Source: Vicugna vicugna (taxonomy: Eukaryota). From it: a stretch of DNA of 64,000 bases. Position 1 is the stretch's first letter. The number at the start of each line of letters is the position of its first letter. The notes below the pieces were generated by a model that searched no databases, was not told where the DNA came from, and was given only the letters and a program-made list of their open reading frames with translations. The position numbers and the translations under genes were made by a program. Where the stretch lies: contig MU057801.1 in NCBI GenBank assembly GCA_013265495.1, forward strand, positions 1,171,879-1,235,878, read 5' to 3'. Of this stretch, positions 1 to 12,963 are shown one piece after another.

Positions 1-525
1 GGAACCCAGCCGATGGCCAGGCGTTCCGTTCGGCCCCCGCCCTCTGGGGCACCACAAGCGGCGAGGCTGGGAGAAGCAGAGATGGGATACCCGCCCCAAG
101 TACAGGGAGGGAGCAGCCGAGCCATGGCTGTTGGAAGTCTCTGTGCCTCGGGCGGGTTTATCCGCAGGTGGCAGGCGTTCACGACGGGGTGACTCCCACC
201 TGCTGCGACTGGTCCTGAGCAGATGGCTGGGCCTTCTGACGACCTGCACGCTCTGTCCCCATGGCCACCTCCCCTTTGTTCCTGACGGCCTGCATCCCCC
301 AGCCTGAGTCTCGAAGAAGGAGGCCCTCTCCCACCAAATCTCAATGTCACTATCGTACAATTCAGACAGTTAGCAGTAACTCAGTAAGGCCGTCCAACAG
401 CAGTCCCTCCTCTAACTTCACGACTTGTGCCCCCAAATCTCTCTTACAGCATTTTTTTTTAAACTCCAGGAAGCCTAAGGCTTACTCATTGCAGTTGGTT
501 TTTATAGACGTGAAGAGTTCTTGAC

Positions 526-632
526 GGGGGAGGGAGATAGCTCAGTGGCAGAACATGTGCTTAGCAGGCACGAAGTCCTGGGTTCAATCCCCAGCACCCC
601 CATTAAAGAAATGAAAAAAAAAGAAAAAAGAA
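526..632 (+). mobile_element. tRNA-derived SINE (Vic-1-like)
   Basis: A box tagctcagtgg, B box ggttcaatcc, A-rich tail; degenerate TSD aagagttcttga/aagaactcttga. Confidence 0.85.
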
Positions 633-2181
633 AAGAACTCTTGAAAGGCATTTCACTGACGAAAAAGATCACAACTAGAAGCCATGGTGTGGTTCTCACC
701 CGGGCAACTCTGGGCTCCCTTCCTGCCCTCCTCCCTCACAGGTCGTGGGCGTCACGAGGGCCACCACTGCACTGCGGTTGGCACCACTCACCTAGCCTAG
801 GTGAGTCAGGGCCTCCCCGAGCACCACTTTCACTGATGGTTGCACATAAACACCTCGAGCCCTCGCTGTTTGGTGCTTGGCTTCTTCGTGGGTCTCATCC
901 CAGATTAATTCTGTTTCCTGGTGGATCACTGGCTTCTGGGTAGCAAGTCCAAGAGCTCCCCCACCATGGGAGCCTCCGGCCCCTTCACGTCTACCTCACG
1001 TCTACCTTTTTTGAGTAGAGATGAATCATTTGGGTCAGGGGTGCTTAGAAAGTGTGAGACCTGGGAGTGGGAAGGGGAGAGGAAGTTGACAGTGTTTTGC
1101 AGCAATGGTAAGAAGAGGGTGAAAGAAACAACCCAGGGCGTTCCTGCCTCTGCTGGTGGGAAAGGCAGGCAGGCGTCCGCAGGGACAGGCAGGAGCTCAG
1201 GACGCGGGAGGCTGGCAGCACGAGTCAGGGCAGCAAACACAAAGGTTCCTGCCCGGAGAAACGGGCGTAGGTGCAGCAACCACTCTTCTCGGTTTGCACA
1301 TGATCTGGCCCAAAGCCAGATAAACCCACACGCTTCCAGCTGGCATTGTGTGGAAGGAGCCTGGGGCGCCGACTGCCTGTACGCCACGCGGGGAGGCAAT
1401 ATTTTATTCTAATAAATGTAAAAATGCTTACAAGCACTTCGGGAGGTTTATTTGTGATCTCAGTCCTTTTAAGGTGGTGCTCTTTCCTGCGAGCCCTCTG
1501 CCCAGAGGGAAAGGGACTGTGACCTTGGTTTAGCCAGTTCCTGCCTCTGATCCTCTCCCCCAGGAAACCCCCAGAAAGCAAAACGCTGCAGGAGCCCCGC
1601 GGCTGCACTAGGCCTGGGAAGTCAGATGTCCAGCTGGCTTAAATGCTCACCCGTCCTCCTGCGGAAGCAGCCCTGCGAGAGCCCGGAAGGGACAGGCTGC
1701 AGTCCGGGCTTCTCTAGGGCCTCAGGGGAAAAGCCACTGATTAGAACCGGGAGGTCGGCGGCACCCCTGCTGGGCAGCCTGGAGATCCCTGAAGAGCCTC
1801 TTGGCCCAGTAGGGCTCTCGAGTCCTGCTCTGAGTGAGCAGAAGAGAGGCAGGCTCTCCCCTCGGAGGCCGATCTTGGCCTGAGCTCATCAAACACGGAG
1901 CGCATGGTTGGATCTTTACGCTGCCTGGTCAGAGGAGTGTTCATCACAGCAGGCAGCGTCATCATTTCCTGCAGACGTCTGGAGTTCAAGTCATTCCAAG
2001 CCTCTCTTGTCCGACAGTGGGAGCCGACGTCGGCCCCCGTGAGGCCAGAGCCGCACAGCGGGTCCCCGTCTGCCTGCAGCTGTGGAGCTGGCCCGTGACC
2101 CCGCTTGACCCCTCCGTTCTAACTCTGCGTCTCCGTGGAAAGCAGCCAGCTCCTTTTCTAGGGCAGCAGAAAGCTTCCGTC

Positions 2182-3180
2182 TGAGACATTAGGCAGATAC
2201 CAAATATGATCGTAGCTGCCATTTAGGTTGAAGGCCATCCTTCCCCACCCCGGTGATCACAGACAGGACTCTGAGGTGGCCAGGCCACGTTCCCATCACG
2301 AGGCGGGGTGCGGGGTTGCTCCCTGACCCACGAGAGGTGACCACAGATCGGGGAGCAGCCCCCTGCGCCTCTGTCGCTGCCCATCAGCCCTCCGCCCCCG
2401 GCCTCCAGCGCCTTCCTCACAGGAGCGTCCACCTGCACTTCCCTTCGCTCCGTGCCTCGGATTCCCCGCGTCCTCACCTGCCAGGTCCGACTCCACAGGA
2501 GAAAACCAGCGCCCCCAGGACTGCGCTGAGACAGAGCCAGGCGCGGGCCGGGGGACCGCCGCGGCGGCGAGCAGGGACGTATCTTTGCTCTCACTGGCAC
2601 TGAACTCATTTTCAGAAGAGGCCATTAGGTTGAGGTGGCTCTCGCGTCCGCACAGCCGAGCTGAGCAAACCAAAACTTATACCTGAAACGCCTCCAGGTT
2701 GAGACATGAGAACCTAAGGGCAGCCCAGCGCAGGGCAGGGCGGGGCGCGGGGATAGGACGGATGCTGTGGAAGGGTCCCTGCAACGAGCGGTAAAGAAGC
2801 CTGAGCGACCTACGCCCAGCATAATGCGTACAGACACGGTGCTGCATCATCACCCCCAAACCTGCCAAGAGACTGCGGTCTAGTCACTCCACCCCCTGGA
2901 AAGAAGTGGTAACTATGTAACGGGACAGAGGTGCTAGTTACCGCTACAATGGTGATCTCATTACCATACACACAATGCATCAGGTTAATAGGTTGTTCAC
3001 CTTAGATTTTCGCAATGTTTTATGTCCAAATACACTTCAATTAAAAAAACATTTGCTTTGCTTTCAGCTCTTCTCTGTAAAAGTCTTTCCCAGCTCCTGG
3101 TGGCGACGTGCTCCTTACCGCTTCCTTCTTGTTTGATTTTCACTCCAATAAACTCTTAAAAATCTTAAGATGCCTCAGCG
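2182..3180 (+). mobile_element. ERV1-type solo LTR (MER34-like) interrupted by an L1 3' end
   Basis: Repeated gccatt(t)aggttga motif and an LTR-like 3' end aataaactcttaaaaatcttaagatgcctcag; family assigned by recall only. Confidence 0.45.
2905..3049 (+). mobile_element. L1 3' terminus (L1MA-like)
   Basis: ggtaactatgt…caccttagat…cttcaattaaaaaaa. Confidence 0.65.
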
Positions 3181-3285
3181 TTTTTGAGGGGGTGGGAGGC
3201 CGGGGGTACTTAGGTTTACTTGCGTTTTAACCCAGGACCTCGTGCATGCTAAGCATGCGCTCTACCACTGAGCTATACCCTCCCC
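3181..3285 (-). mobile_element. tRNA-derived SINE (Vic-1-like), internally deleted
   Basis: Reverse complement gggtatagctcagtggtagagcgcatgcttagcatgcacgaggtcctgggtt. Confidence 0.8.
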
Positions 3286-3526
3286 ACCATGCTCAGCGTG
3301 TCTTTTAATACTGTCCACCGTGGATTTTCTGAGGACACAGAACACTACTTGGAGGCTCAGATTCATCTGCCTGCGTGGTTCTGGGCCACCTGCGGCTGCT
3401 TGAGCCCCACCGGGGGCAGGAGACCTGCCTCCGAGTCTGAGGTGCTTCGCTTTCTTGCTCTCTACCCGTGCTCCCAGGGAAGCCAGCTGGCTTCTGCAGC
3501 CCCCACCCTCGCCCTTCTCCCTGGAA

Positions 3527-3696
3527 CAGCGGCTCCCAAATTTGAGGGACATCAGAATCAACAGGAAGGTGTGCTCAAACGAGACTCCTGGGCCCCACCT
3601 CCAAGATTCAGACACAGAGGTTTAGAGGGGACAGGGGCTCGTAACAAGCATTTCTTACAAGTTCCTGGTCCAAGGACCACACTTTGAGAAGAACTG
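3527..3696. mobile_element. MER5-like hAT-Charlie MITE
   Basis: Ends cagcggctcccaaa…ggaccacactttgagaagaactg. Confidence 0.7.
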
Positions 3697-4538
3697 CCTC
3701 ACTCCTCTGTGGCATCAACAAATTATCCTTCACATCTGGCTTTCTCGGCACTCTCACACTTCGGGCAAACCGTGTCTCCAAGACATGCGACAGAAGAAAC
3801 CAACCGCTTTTCCCCTGAAGTGCGTTTGGCAGGGGTTTCCTGAAGTGACCCTGGAGGGACCCGGGAGAGGATGCTGTGCCTGAGTCCCGTGCCAGAAGGA
3901 TGCTTTCCCCCAGCTGCGAGATCGAGCTTTGAGTAAGTTTCAAAAGGTAATACAGAGAGAATTTCAGGAGTAAAGGGGAATTTAAACTTTACTGGCTGGT
4001 TCACCTGCCTTTTGAACACATCTGTGAATAACTTCTCTTTCAAAGTCCTTTAATCAGTTGTTTTACCCACAGAAAGCTTTTCCCCATACAAACGGTACCC
4101 CACGTGATGGCTAAGTAGGTGTCCAAATGGGTTTATAAAAGCTTACCCATCCCGTCGTATGGCTGAGAGTGCTCATTCTGCACAAAGCAAAACGGAGGAA
4201 AACATATATACTTCATAAGACACTTAAACAGAGTACGTCAAAATTCTTTTTAATAATCATTCTACAGTGAGTTAACCACAAATAATTAAGATGTAAAAGC
4301 AAACCAAATGAGATAAAATTCAATTTTATGTGGAATGTTGGTGTTGAAGGAAAGATTTGTTGTCACAAGACGGGGAGCTAGTGGATAGACCAACGGAGCA
4401 CGTGGGGCTCTTAGACACGGACACGTCTGGGTCTTCATTAGACTGCATTTCATTTCTGAACTTAACGGGCTTCGAGGGGCACCTTGGAGAGATGGCTGAT
4501 TCCAGCACTGGAGCAGGGGAAGTTCAAGATGAGCTGGA

Positions 4539-4672
4539 GGGGGGAGGGTGTAGCTCGGTGGCAGAGTGCGTGCCTAGCAAGCACCAGGTCCTGGATTCAA
4601 TCCCCAGTACCTCCATTAAATAAGTAAATAAACCTAATTATCTCCTCCCCTCCCCCCAAAAATAAATAAATA
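4539..4672 (+). mobile_element. tRNA-derived SINE (Vic-1-like)
   Basis: A and B boxes, AATA tail, perfect 13-bp TSD aagatgagctgga at 4526-4538 and 4673-4685. Confidence 0.9.
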
Positions 4673-5747
4673 AAGATGAGCTGGAAACATCTTATTGTGC
4701 CGGAAAGAAAAGACATACTCTAAAAGCCATGAAAATATAGCAAAAGGAAGCAGACGCTAACTTGAAGGGGCTCCCACCGACCAAACTGGAGCATCAAGAT
4801 AAATAAGGGCAGGTTAAACTATAAATAGGGATCCACTGGCCCATGGCAGTTTACGTACACACACAGTGTGCATATATATTTACACACACACATAGTTTCA
4901 ACATTAGAATGCCAACGGATACTGCAGAGTTTATACAAATTACATATATATTATTGGTGTATCTGTATATACCTACGTGTGTGTGTACGTATGTGCAGAA
5001 GCATACATTATCAGGTGGCATTCTACTATAAAAGGAGCTTCCCTTTCTCTCCTGTTTATGTCTCCACAGAGCGCCAAGTAATGAATGTAGGAGGAGTGAC
5101 GCACTTAGAAGCATCTCCGCTGCGCAGCTGTCATAATACTGAGGCAGGAAGCCAACACGAGCGCATGAGCATTGATTGAGAGCAGGACATTTACATAGTC
5201 TCAAACTACTCCTTCTCAAGTTGCTCCTTAATTACAAAGAGAAATATAGGAACTTTATGGTGGAAAAAGCAGAGATCAATGTTAAGGCCACCAGCACGGG
5301 GCACGTGGACCCGAGATGCACGGAGAAGAAAACAGCTCCCTTTCTGGGCAGTTACCCTCCAAATGCATAATCCAACAGCCATCATGGGGACACGCCAGCC
5401 GGTCTCTCAGAGGACTGGCCTGTACTTTTAAGAAATGTGAAGCTCAAGAGGACAAGGAAGGAGGAAGAACCGTCCCAGGCTGAAGGAGGCTGAAGACAAG
5501 GCAATCCAGTGCAAGTGTGTGGTCCCCGACTGCGTCCTGGCTGGGAAAGCGGCCGTAAAGGAGGAGGCTGGGCAGACGGCAACACGGGGACAGGGAACAG
5601 GGAACGCTCCCTTAGTAAAAGTATTGTATCAATGGTTTTCTTGATTGTGATCACTGTGTGAGCAAATTTATCTGTTCATAGAAAACGCGCTCAGATACTG
5701 GGGAGTAAAGGAGCATGTTACCTCTAAGTCGTACTCAGATGGCTCAG

Positions 5748-5753
<6 letters not shown>

Positions 5754-5797
<44 letters not shown>
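5754..5797. repeat. Compound (GT)n(GA)n microsatellite
   Basis: Directly visible. Confidence 0.95.
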
Positions 5798-6549
5798 ACC
5801 ATAAAACAGACGTGGGAAATGATTACAAGTCATGAGTCTGAATAAAGAGGATACGGGATTCTTTGTACTATTCTTGCAACTTTTCTGAGGGTTTGAAATT
5901 ATTTCAAAATAAAACACGTTTTCAAAAGCGTCAGTTTTCTTTTCCCTGATACCCGGCACCACTAACTCTTTTTGGAGGTCACTGTCAGGGAACCTCCTCA
6001 CGCCCGAGGGGAACAATGTATAAGGGGCTTTATTCAGACGGCAAAGCAACTTCTTCACCTTCATCCCACGGTGCTATTTGGGCTGCTTCTGTCTTGAAAC
6101 TTCCTAGTTCTGAGCATGAAGTCTCTCCTAAGTGCTCAGGATTTCTTTCTCTTGTTCTCATCGAGGGTCTTTGGCCTTGATTAGGACCTAGGCCTCAACA
6201 AGTGGAAAGTGAGTGCTCAGGCCTCACATCCTGTTCTTGCAACCTGCAGACACCCCGGGCTCCCATGCTGACCATTCAGACCCCATCAGTCTCTTCGCTG
6301 CTTCTCCAACTCTCCATCCATCCTGTCTGGGGGCCTTTACACTGGCTGGTCCCTCCGCCTATATCCCTCACTCCCTTCCTCCCCAGGGTCTTCCCCCTGT
6401 AGAATAAGCAAAACCAATGCAGGACAGTGAGAGAGGAGCCTCTGGTGCGGGGGAGGCACCGACTGCAAAGAGCACAAGAGAACCTCCTGAGGGGATGAAA
6501 TGCTCTGGTTTATTCTGGATGGTGAGCATGGAGTGTTTTCTATCATCTC

Positions 6550-6950
6550 TTGTGCAGAACCAATTGCCCCTAAACTCAGTCGCACAAAACTATTGTCATC
6601 CCTGAGTTTCTATGGCAAAGGAATTTGGACAGGGCACAGTGGAGACAATTCATTCTGTGGTGTCTGGGACCTCAGCCAGAAAGCTCAAAAGCTGGGGACT
6701 GGAATTATCCAAAGGTGGGGACCTCAGCTGGGGCTGTCGGCCAGAACACCTCACACGGCCTCTCCCTGGGGCTGCTGGGTTTCCTCACAGCATGGTGTTG
6801 TGGAGAGACAGAGAGGGGGGAAGGGGGTGAAGGGGGAGGGGAGGAAAGGGAGAAGGGGAGAGATCGAGCCAGGTAGAGGCTGTCTGCCTTCTCTAACCCA
6901 CCTCAGCAGTCACACCACGTCCCTCTTGCCACACTGCATGCATCGGAGGA
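6550..6950. mobile_element. MLT1-type MaLR LTR fragment
   Basis: ggaatttggacagggcacagtgg…tctgggacctcagc…cctcacagcatgg, MLT1-like motifs by recall. Confidence 0.55.
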
Positions 6951-7289
6951 TGGCATTTTGGGTAGAGAGGCTCGTCACAAACCCGGCAGAGGAACTCAGC
7001 TCCCGCCTCCAATCCTGTCTCATCCCTCCACAGGTGTTTCAGGGCGTGGGGTGGGCACCACTCCAGCAACTTCCCGCCGAGACAGGGAGGAGTCCTCCCT
7101 TGGGCTGGGGCACGGACCTGGAGTTGGAAAGATTCCTGAGTTCCAAGTCCTGGTCTTACCTGATTAAGATCTCATTCCCAAGGAGTTCAGGAGCGGAAGC
7201 CTGGAAACCAGGCCCTCTGGGGGGACATGCAGCCAGCTGTCTACTTTTATCTGAGTAGGTTCTGACTTTAGATGTGGTATTAACATATA

Positions 7290-10200
7290 TATAAAACCAA
7301 AGCTATGGGCCACTACATGTCTCTCTTTCTGCTGATACCTGGTCTAAAGCAATTTTATTGTCTAAAAATGCAATAGTTACAAAAGGAGAGAACTTGAGGT
7401 CATAAGGTTGCAGCTGCCAGTAGACACTGCTCTAAGGATGGCTGGTGGTGTCCGGAGCATGATGCAGCTCAGAAAATTAGAGTTCTCAACAGTACAGGAA
7501 TGTGTCTAAAATCAGGTCCACAGTGACCACCTAGTTTTACCCTGGATGTATGAACCACAGCTACTCCGTTTTGACTTTCAAATGCATTCCCCTCCTCCAG
7601 GCCAAAACAGATGTACAATGTCTGTCCAAAAGGCCATAAAACAGGCCGCTTTGGTCAGTAAAGTTTACATCAAACAATGCACAAGGCAGAATGACTTCCC
7701 CATACCTCAATGTGTGCAGATTTTCCCATCATCTCTCCTTTTGATTACAAATCTTTCGGTAGGAAAAGCCCACATTCAACCACGTTCAGTTCACCAAATG
7801 CCATGTAATCAACCCCCCTTAGCAACGGTTCCATGAAATCAGTCTCCAGTAGACCCTTAAATATCTTAGCCATCTCAGTGGTACCACCTAAAGGAAGCTG
7901 CACTTGTCAAATGCCCTCTTTACAAATCCTCTTCAAGATGAAGCAGCCCTGCAAAGCATCAGCTCAACCGTCTATAAATGACAGAAGACCCAAGAAGGCA
8001 AGGCAAATGGTCTGACCACCAAGTCCTTGACAAGGAGGTTTAATCAAGTTGCTGTGACACCCAACATTCTAAGGGAACAACCAGAATTATGACTGCCAGC
8101 ATTAAACCAGGACACGTCCAAATTTCAGAAACTATGTGCATTTCCAGAATGTCTGTATTAATGACATTCACCCACACCACGTAGCCTGAGGAGGTTTATC
8201 ACTCAGTTGACTATGCTTCCTGTGCAATTCAGCATGTCAAGCCGTCCTAGTTTAGTGCTTTTCTCTGAGATGCCTCAAGGGCCCTCGGAAGCATCCCAAA
8301 GTTAGCTGAAGTCAAAAGAACGTTAATTAGAATTTCATGGGACGTTTATCAAAAATCTCAAAAAGTTTCACACGGTCTGCTATCAGAAGCAATCCAAGTA
8401 AACTTGTTCTCTTAACAGAGAGGAACCAGATCCAGTCCTGCACCAGCCTCCTTTTAATAACAAAATCCTTTCACCCAATTAAATTCAACCTCATCTCAGC
8501 CCAACCACGTGCAGAACTCCTTTCTCAGGGCTCCCTCTCTACAAACTTTCCACAACTTCCTGTAGCCACATTAGTTTGTCCCTTATTTTTTCCCATCTAG
8601 AAATAACCAGTTCTAGGACTAAATGCTTTCTTTTAAAAAAATGCAATTCCATTCCTCATACTATTTTTTTTTAACTCAAAGCATATCATCTTACATTCCT
8701 GTTGTATATTGAAATGGTTCCTTTATTATTTTTAGCAGCTTTAGTTACATATTTAAATTAGAACCCCCAACTGTTAAAAATCTCAGTTTCCAGTGATTCA
8801 GTATCTTATTTTATTTGGGAATGACCTAGCTTTCAACTATTCAATAAACTTTCATCGTTTAATTTAATTTAGCACAACCCTAACATTTCAAGTTACCAAA
8901 TATCTGGAGAGATCATTTCTAAGTAGACATTCTTAAAGCAATTACTTCTAAAGAGCTCACCCAGAAGCTCACTTGCATTTAATTCACTTATAAGAATTTC
9001 AACGTACCGAGTTAATTTTTTTCTTTCTGCTAACAAACTCTGCAACAGAAACATGAACTTACCGACCCTCAGTAAATCTAGGTACAGTAAGAGACAACTT
9101 TACATTGATTATACCAATAAGCTTAAGCTAGCTTTAATATCAGATCCGTATTGCATATTTCCTAGATCATGGGAAGCTGAAATCTCTTCTGTCTAGCTTT
9201 TTTCACACTTAAAAGTAAGTGCTTACAAATTAAAATACTTCCAAGTCAACTAAATAGAGCTCATTTACAAGTTAGTTTTTCACATAAAGACAGACAGAAC
9301 CAAGGATCTGTTTTTCCACTTGAATTAAAAAAAAAAAACCAAAAACCTTTTTTTTTTTTTTTGAGCCCAGGTAGATCATTCACGTCTCAAAGACTCAGGA
9401 GGAGAAAAGCAAATTCCTCCTCTAACTGTTTTCACAAAACCCAACCATCGTGGCTGTATTCAGGGATTTTTTTTTTTCCTGGTTCCCAAATATCCAGTAG
9501 ACATGCCATTTATTCACTCACATTCACACTTTCAGTAAAACCAGGTAGAACAGGATTTGGACTCGGGTACTGAGACACACACACACACCCTTAAGACAAA
9601 AGACAAATTGCAAACGGCCCGCTTTGATATAACAGCAGGGCCGTCAGGCACCACTGTTCTCCGGATCTCAGAGAGAACTGAGCCCACAGTGTTACAATAA
9701 AAAGTATCATTTTCTTTTATTTATGGGAGCATAGCTTAAGATCTCCCGGTTTTGCAAAATATTCCCTAAGGCGACTATATCCTGGAACAGAGCTCCAAGC
9801 AGCCACACTGAATTATTCACAGCTGATGTTATCAAATATCAAACAATCAAGAAAACAATCCAAAACAGTCTCTCAGGGTCACAGTTTCCTTGGCCCCAAA
9901 AGGGAGATTCCCAACCAGCACCCATCAATCCAAAAGGGGAGAATCTCAACCAACTCTCCACCCCAGGTGATGCCAACGCCATAGGGAGGGATACCCTGGA
10001 CTTGTCCCATGCGAGCCCTGCTACTCAGCAAAGACATCTCAACCGGCCAATGCAAGTACTGATACACACATGTACAAACAAACACAGTCTCACAAACAAA
10101 GGATCAGATGAGGTGTAGCCCCAAAACTCCACTTCCACTCCCAGACAGAGGCTTCCAGAGTGGCCTGGCCCCCCTCTAAAAGAGAACAGACCCAGAGTGG

Positions 10201-10740
10201 CTCCCAGTGAGCCCAGAGTGGTTCACTTCCCAGGAGGAAATGAGCCCAGGTGGAGCGGGTAGAATTTTCCCATCCTGCACAAGCAGGAGTCGCTTGCTCT
10301 AAAACGATACCACAAAAACACAAACAACACATAAGCTATGGTCGCACAGACAATCAGAGGTGTCCATCTAAAAATCCCACTTCCACTCCCAGGCGGGGGT
10401 CTCCGATCAGATCCTCTCATCCCTCAAAAGAGAACAGACCCAAAGTGGCTCACAACGAGCCCAGGTGGCTCACTTCCCACAAGGGGATGAGCCCAGATCG
10501 GGTGGAGAGAATTCTGTGTAAGCTGGAGCCACTCACCTCCAGCGACACCGAATGCAGATGCAGCCTTGGACGTTTCTCAGCTCCAGACAGACTCATGCTG
10601 GGTCGGCCGGCACCCGTCAAGGACGGTCCCTCTCAGTTCCCTGGAGCGAAATGAGCTCTGGCAGCTGCTAGGGAAGGGGCTACCCCTGGCTGGGGTGGAC
10701 CTGCCACGAGCACAAACTCCTAGGCTGGCTTCATCAAAAC
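7290..10740 (-). mobile_element. ERV1 (MER4-group-like) non-coding internal/leader sequence
   Basis: Abuts the LTR through a PBS-like segment (reverse complement gttttgatgaagccagcctaggag); AT-rich internal tract with no intact gag or pol. Confidence 0.55.
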
Positions 10741-11189
10741 TGTTACTGAAGGCAAGTCTGTGTGCTGATGCACAGTGAGGCAGAACAAACTGGAATGTTG
10801 GGCTTTGGAGTAGAAAAAGGTTAACTGCAGAGTCATGCAAGGAGCATGGGTAGCTTGTGCCCAAAAAACCTGAGCTCCCTAAAGCTTTTCAGCTGAGACT
10901 TTTTAAAGACCAGCTGAGGGAAGGGCATCCCAAGCTATGTGGTCAGCTGTGCACAGTTCTCTGATTGATCACCATCAAGTGGTCCTTAGGTGCCAGATAG
11001 TCTGGGGTCTACATGCCTGTGATCATCGAATAGTTGATTTCTTCCATTTGGTGGTGGATTTTAGCATCTGAAAACTCAGGAAATCTGCATGAGATACTAT
11101 TATCTGGGTCCTTCTGAAAGGAGCTACAGCAGAAGATATGAGGGAGGAGTCTGTCTCAGGAAGGCCCCACAGAGTCTTGCTTGTTTACA
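10741..11189 (-). mobile_element. ERV1 5' LTR
   Basis: Ends tgttac…ttaca (TG…CA), about 450 bp, next to the PBS-like sequence. Confidence 0.7.
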
Positions 11190-11739
11190 GTATCTCCCGT
11201 CTTTGCTCAAAGCAGATATTCACTAAATGTTTGTAGACTAAACCTGTGAAGAGAGAGCCCTCTGTACTCCCCTCCCTTCAAAGCGGGGATTTCAGAAATC
11301 CTAGAAACATGTTTGGAATGCTTAGAGACAAATACAATTTCAGACTAATGTTGTCTGTGAAATTTGTCTTAAGAATGTCGTGAGTCACGCATCTGAGTTG
11401 GTGCCTAACCCTGACCATTTGGGTGGTAGGTGTGTGGTCACAGGGACAATGAGGCAAAAAGAGGAGCTGGACTAGTGCAAATCCATGTGCAGACCTGGAA
11501 GTACTGTCATTTACGTTTGGCTCAACTGTGGACAAGCAAGTAATTCAACGGTGCATGAATGAGTGAAGTAAGTGTATACCAGGATGGTAAAAAAGCAAAG
11601 TAAAGGCAGATGGTAGAGGATGAAAGACACTAGTCCAGAGTATGGATTCCTCTCCATAGAAATCAGAGAGCCTCCCAGGGTTTTTGACAATGACAAGAAT
11701 GCTCACGGAGGCCATTTCTATGATCATCAAACATATGTT

Positions 11740-12345
11740 TAGGTAAAATGGTACAACTACTTGGAAGACAGTTTGGAAGTTTCTTACAACATTACAACAA
11801 GTTTCTTACAGCACCTACCAGCAACCCAAATTCCCAGTATTTGCTCCAAAGAAATGAAAGTATTTACGCACACACACACACACACACACAACTTGTAAAT
11901 GGATGTTCATAGAAGCTTCATTTCAAAAAACTGGAAACAACCCAAATATCCATCAACATGTGAATGAATCAACAAATTGTGGTGCCTCTATACAGTCATA
12001 AAAAGACTGATTCACACAAGGTGGAAGAATTTCAAAAACATAATACTGAGTAAAAGGAGTCAAACAACAGACTATAAATGATAGCTTTCATTTATAGGAA
12101 ACTCTAGGAAAAAGACGAATCTAACAAAATGCAGGTCAACAGTTGCTGCTCGAGGCTGGGGGTGAGGAGGGAGTTGTTACTGCATGCACAGGAGCACAGG
12201 GAATTGTGGGGGGAGGGGAGGGCAATGCACTTGTTCTGTATGTTGGTTGTAGTGGTGGTTTCCAAAGTGCGTATCTTTGTCAACATTCATTGAACTATAC
12301 ACTTAAAATGTATACATTTAAATATATATAAATTATATCTCAGTA
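11740..12345 (+). mobile_element. Old L1 3' region containing an (AC)n repeat
   Basis: ctggaaacaacccaaatatccatcaac…aattgtggtgc. Confidence 0.7.
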
Positions 12346-12786
12346 GAGTCCCTTAAAAAAAAAAACTGGGCACAGCACTGCACAAGGCAAAAGGAGGAGA
12401 CAGGAGAGACTTTCCTACGGTGCTGGTCCTCTAGTATGAAGAGGAGCTGCAGCCCGGGACATAAAGGCCCCGCACTTCAGCACCATGGACAGCAGTGTGG
12501 CTTCCGCGGCCAGAAAGCGCAGGACTGAAAGCAGACGAGCGTGCGCATGCGTGCGGGGCTTGGGGGCGGGCTCTAGTGAAGCTCGCTCTATCCTGCTCGC
12601 TCCTCAAAACAGGTTCCCAGTCCCGCTTGCCCTGTAAATTCTTGCTCGACTCCCTACTCCCACTAACCTTTTCTTCTTTTTCTCCTCTGAACTCTTTAAC
12701 AGTAAGCTGTGTTTGTTTAATTTGATGGAAAATAACTGTGGCCTCCCCTTTTTTTCTTGAATTGCTATTCTAATTGCTTATTGCTT

Positions 12787-12963
12787 AGATAAAAACAAGG
12801 TCCTACTGTATAGCACAGGGAACTATATTCAGTAACTTGTAATAGCCTATAATGAAAAAGAATATGAAAGGAATATATATATATGTAAAACTGAATCACT
12901 ATGCTGTACTCTAGAAACGAATCCAATATTGTAAATCAACTATACTTCAATTAAAAAAAAAAA
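12787..12963 (+). mobile_element. Cetartiodactyl-type L1 3' end
   Basis: aacaaggtcctactgtatagcacagggaactatattc…aatcaactatacttcaattaaaa; TSD-like aattgcttattgct/aatggcttattgct. Confidence 0.85.

Larger units (their letters stand above)
4100..5920 (+). mobile_element. Old L1M 3'-region fragments
   Basis: Degenerate L1 3' motifs such as ttctttgtactattcttgcaacttttctg…aaattatttcaaaataaaa. Confidence 0.55.

Noticed and set aside
526..600. tRNA-Ala-like genes here and at the seven other copies
   Set aside because: A-rich tails, TSDs, divergence and broken stems show these are SINEs, not tRNA genes.
1..2180. Exons of a neighbouring gene in the GC-rich first 2 kb
   Set aside because: No recognisable protein similarity or consistent exon structure.
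6500..7258. 252-aa ORF
   Set aside because: It overlaps a MaLR LTR remnant and a G-rich simple tract, with no recognisable domain.
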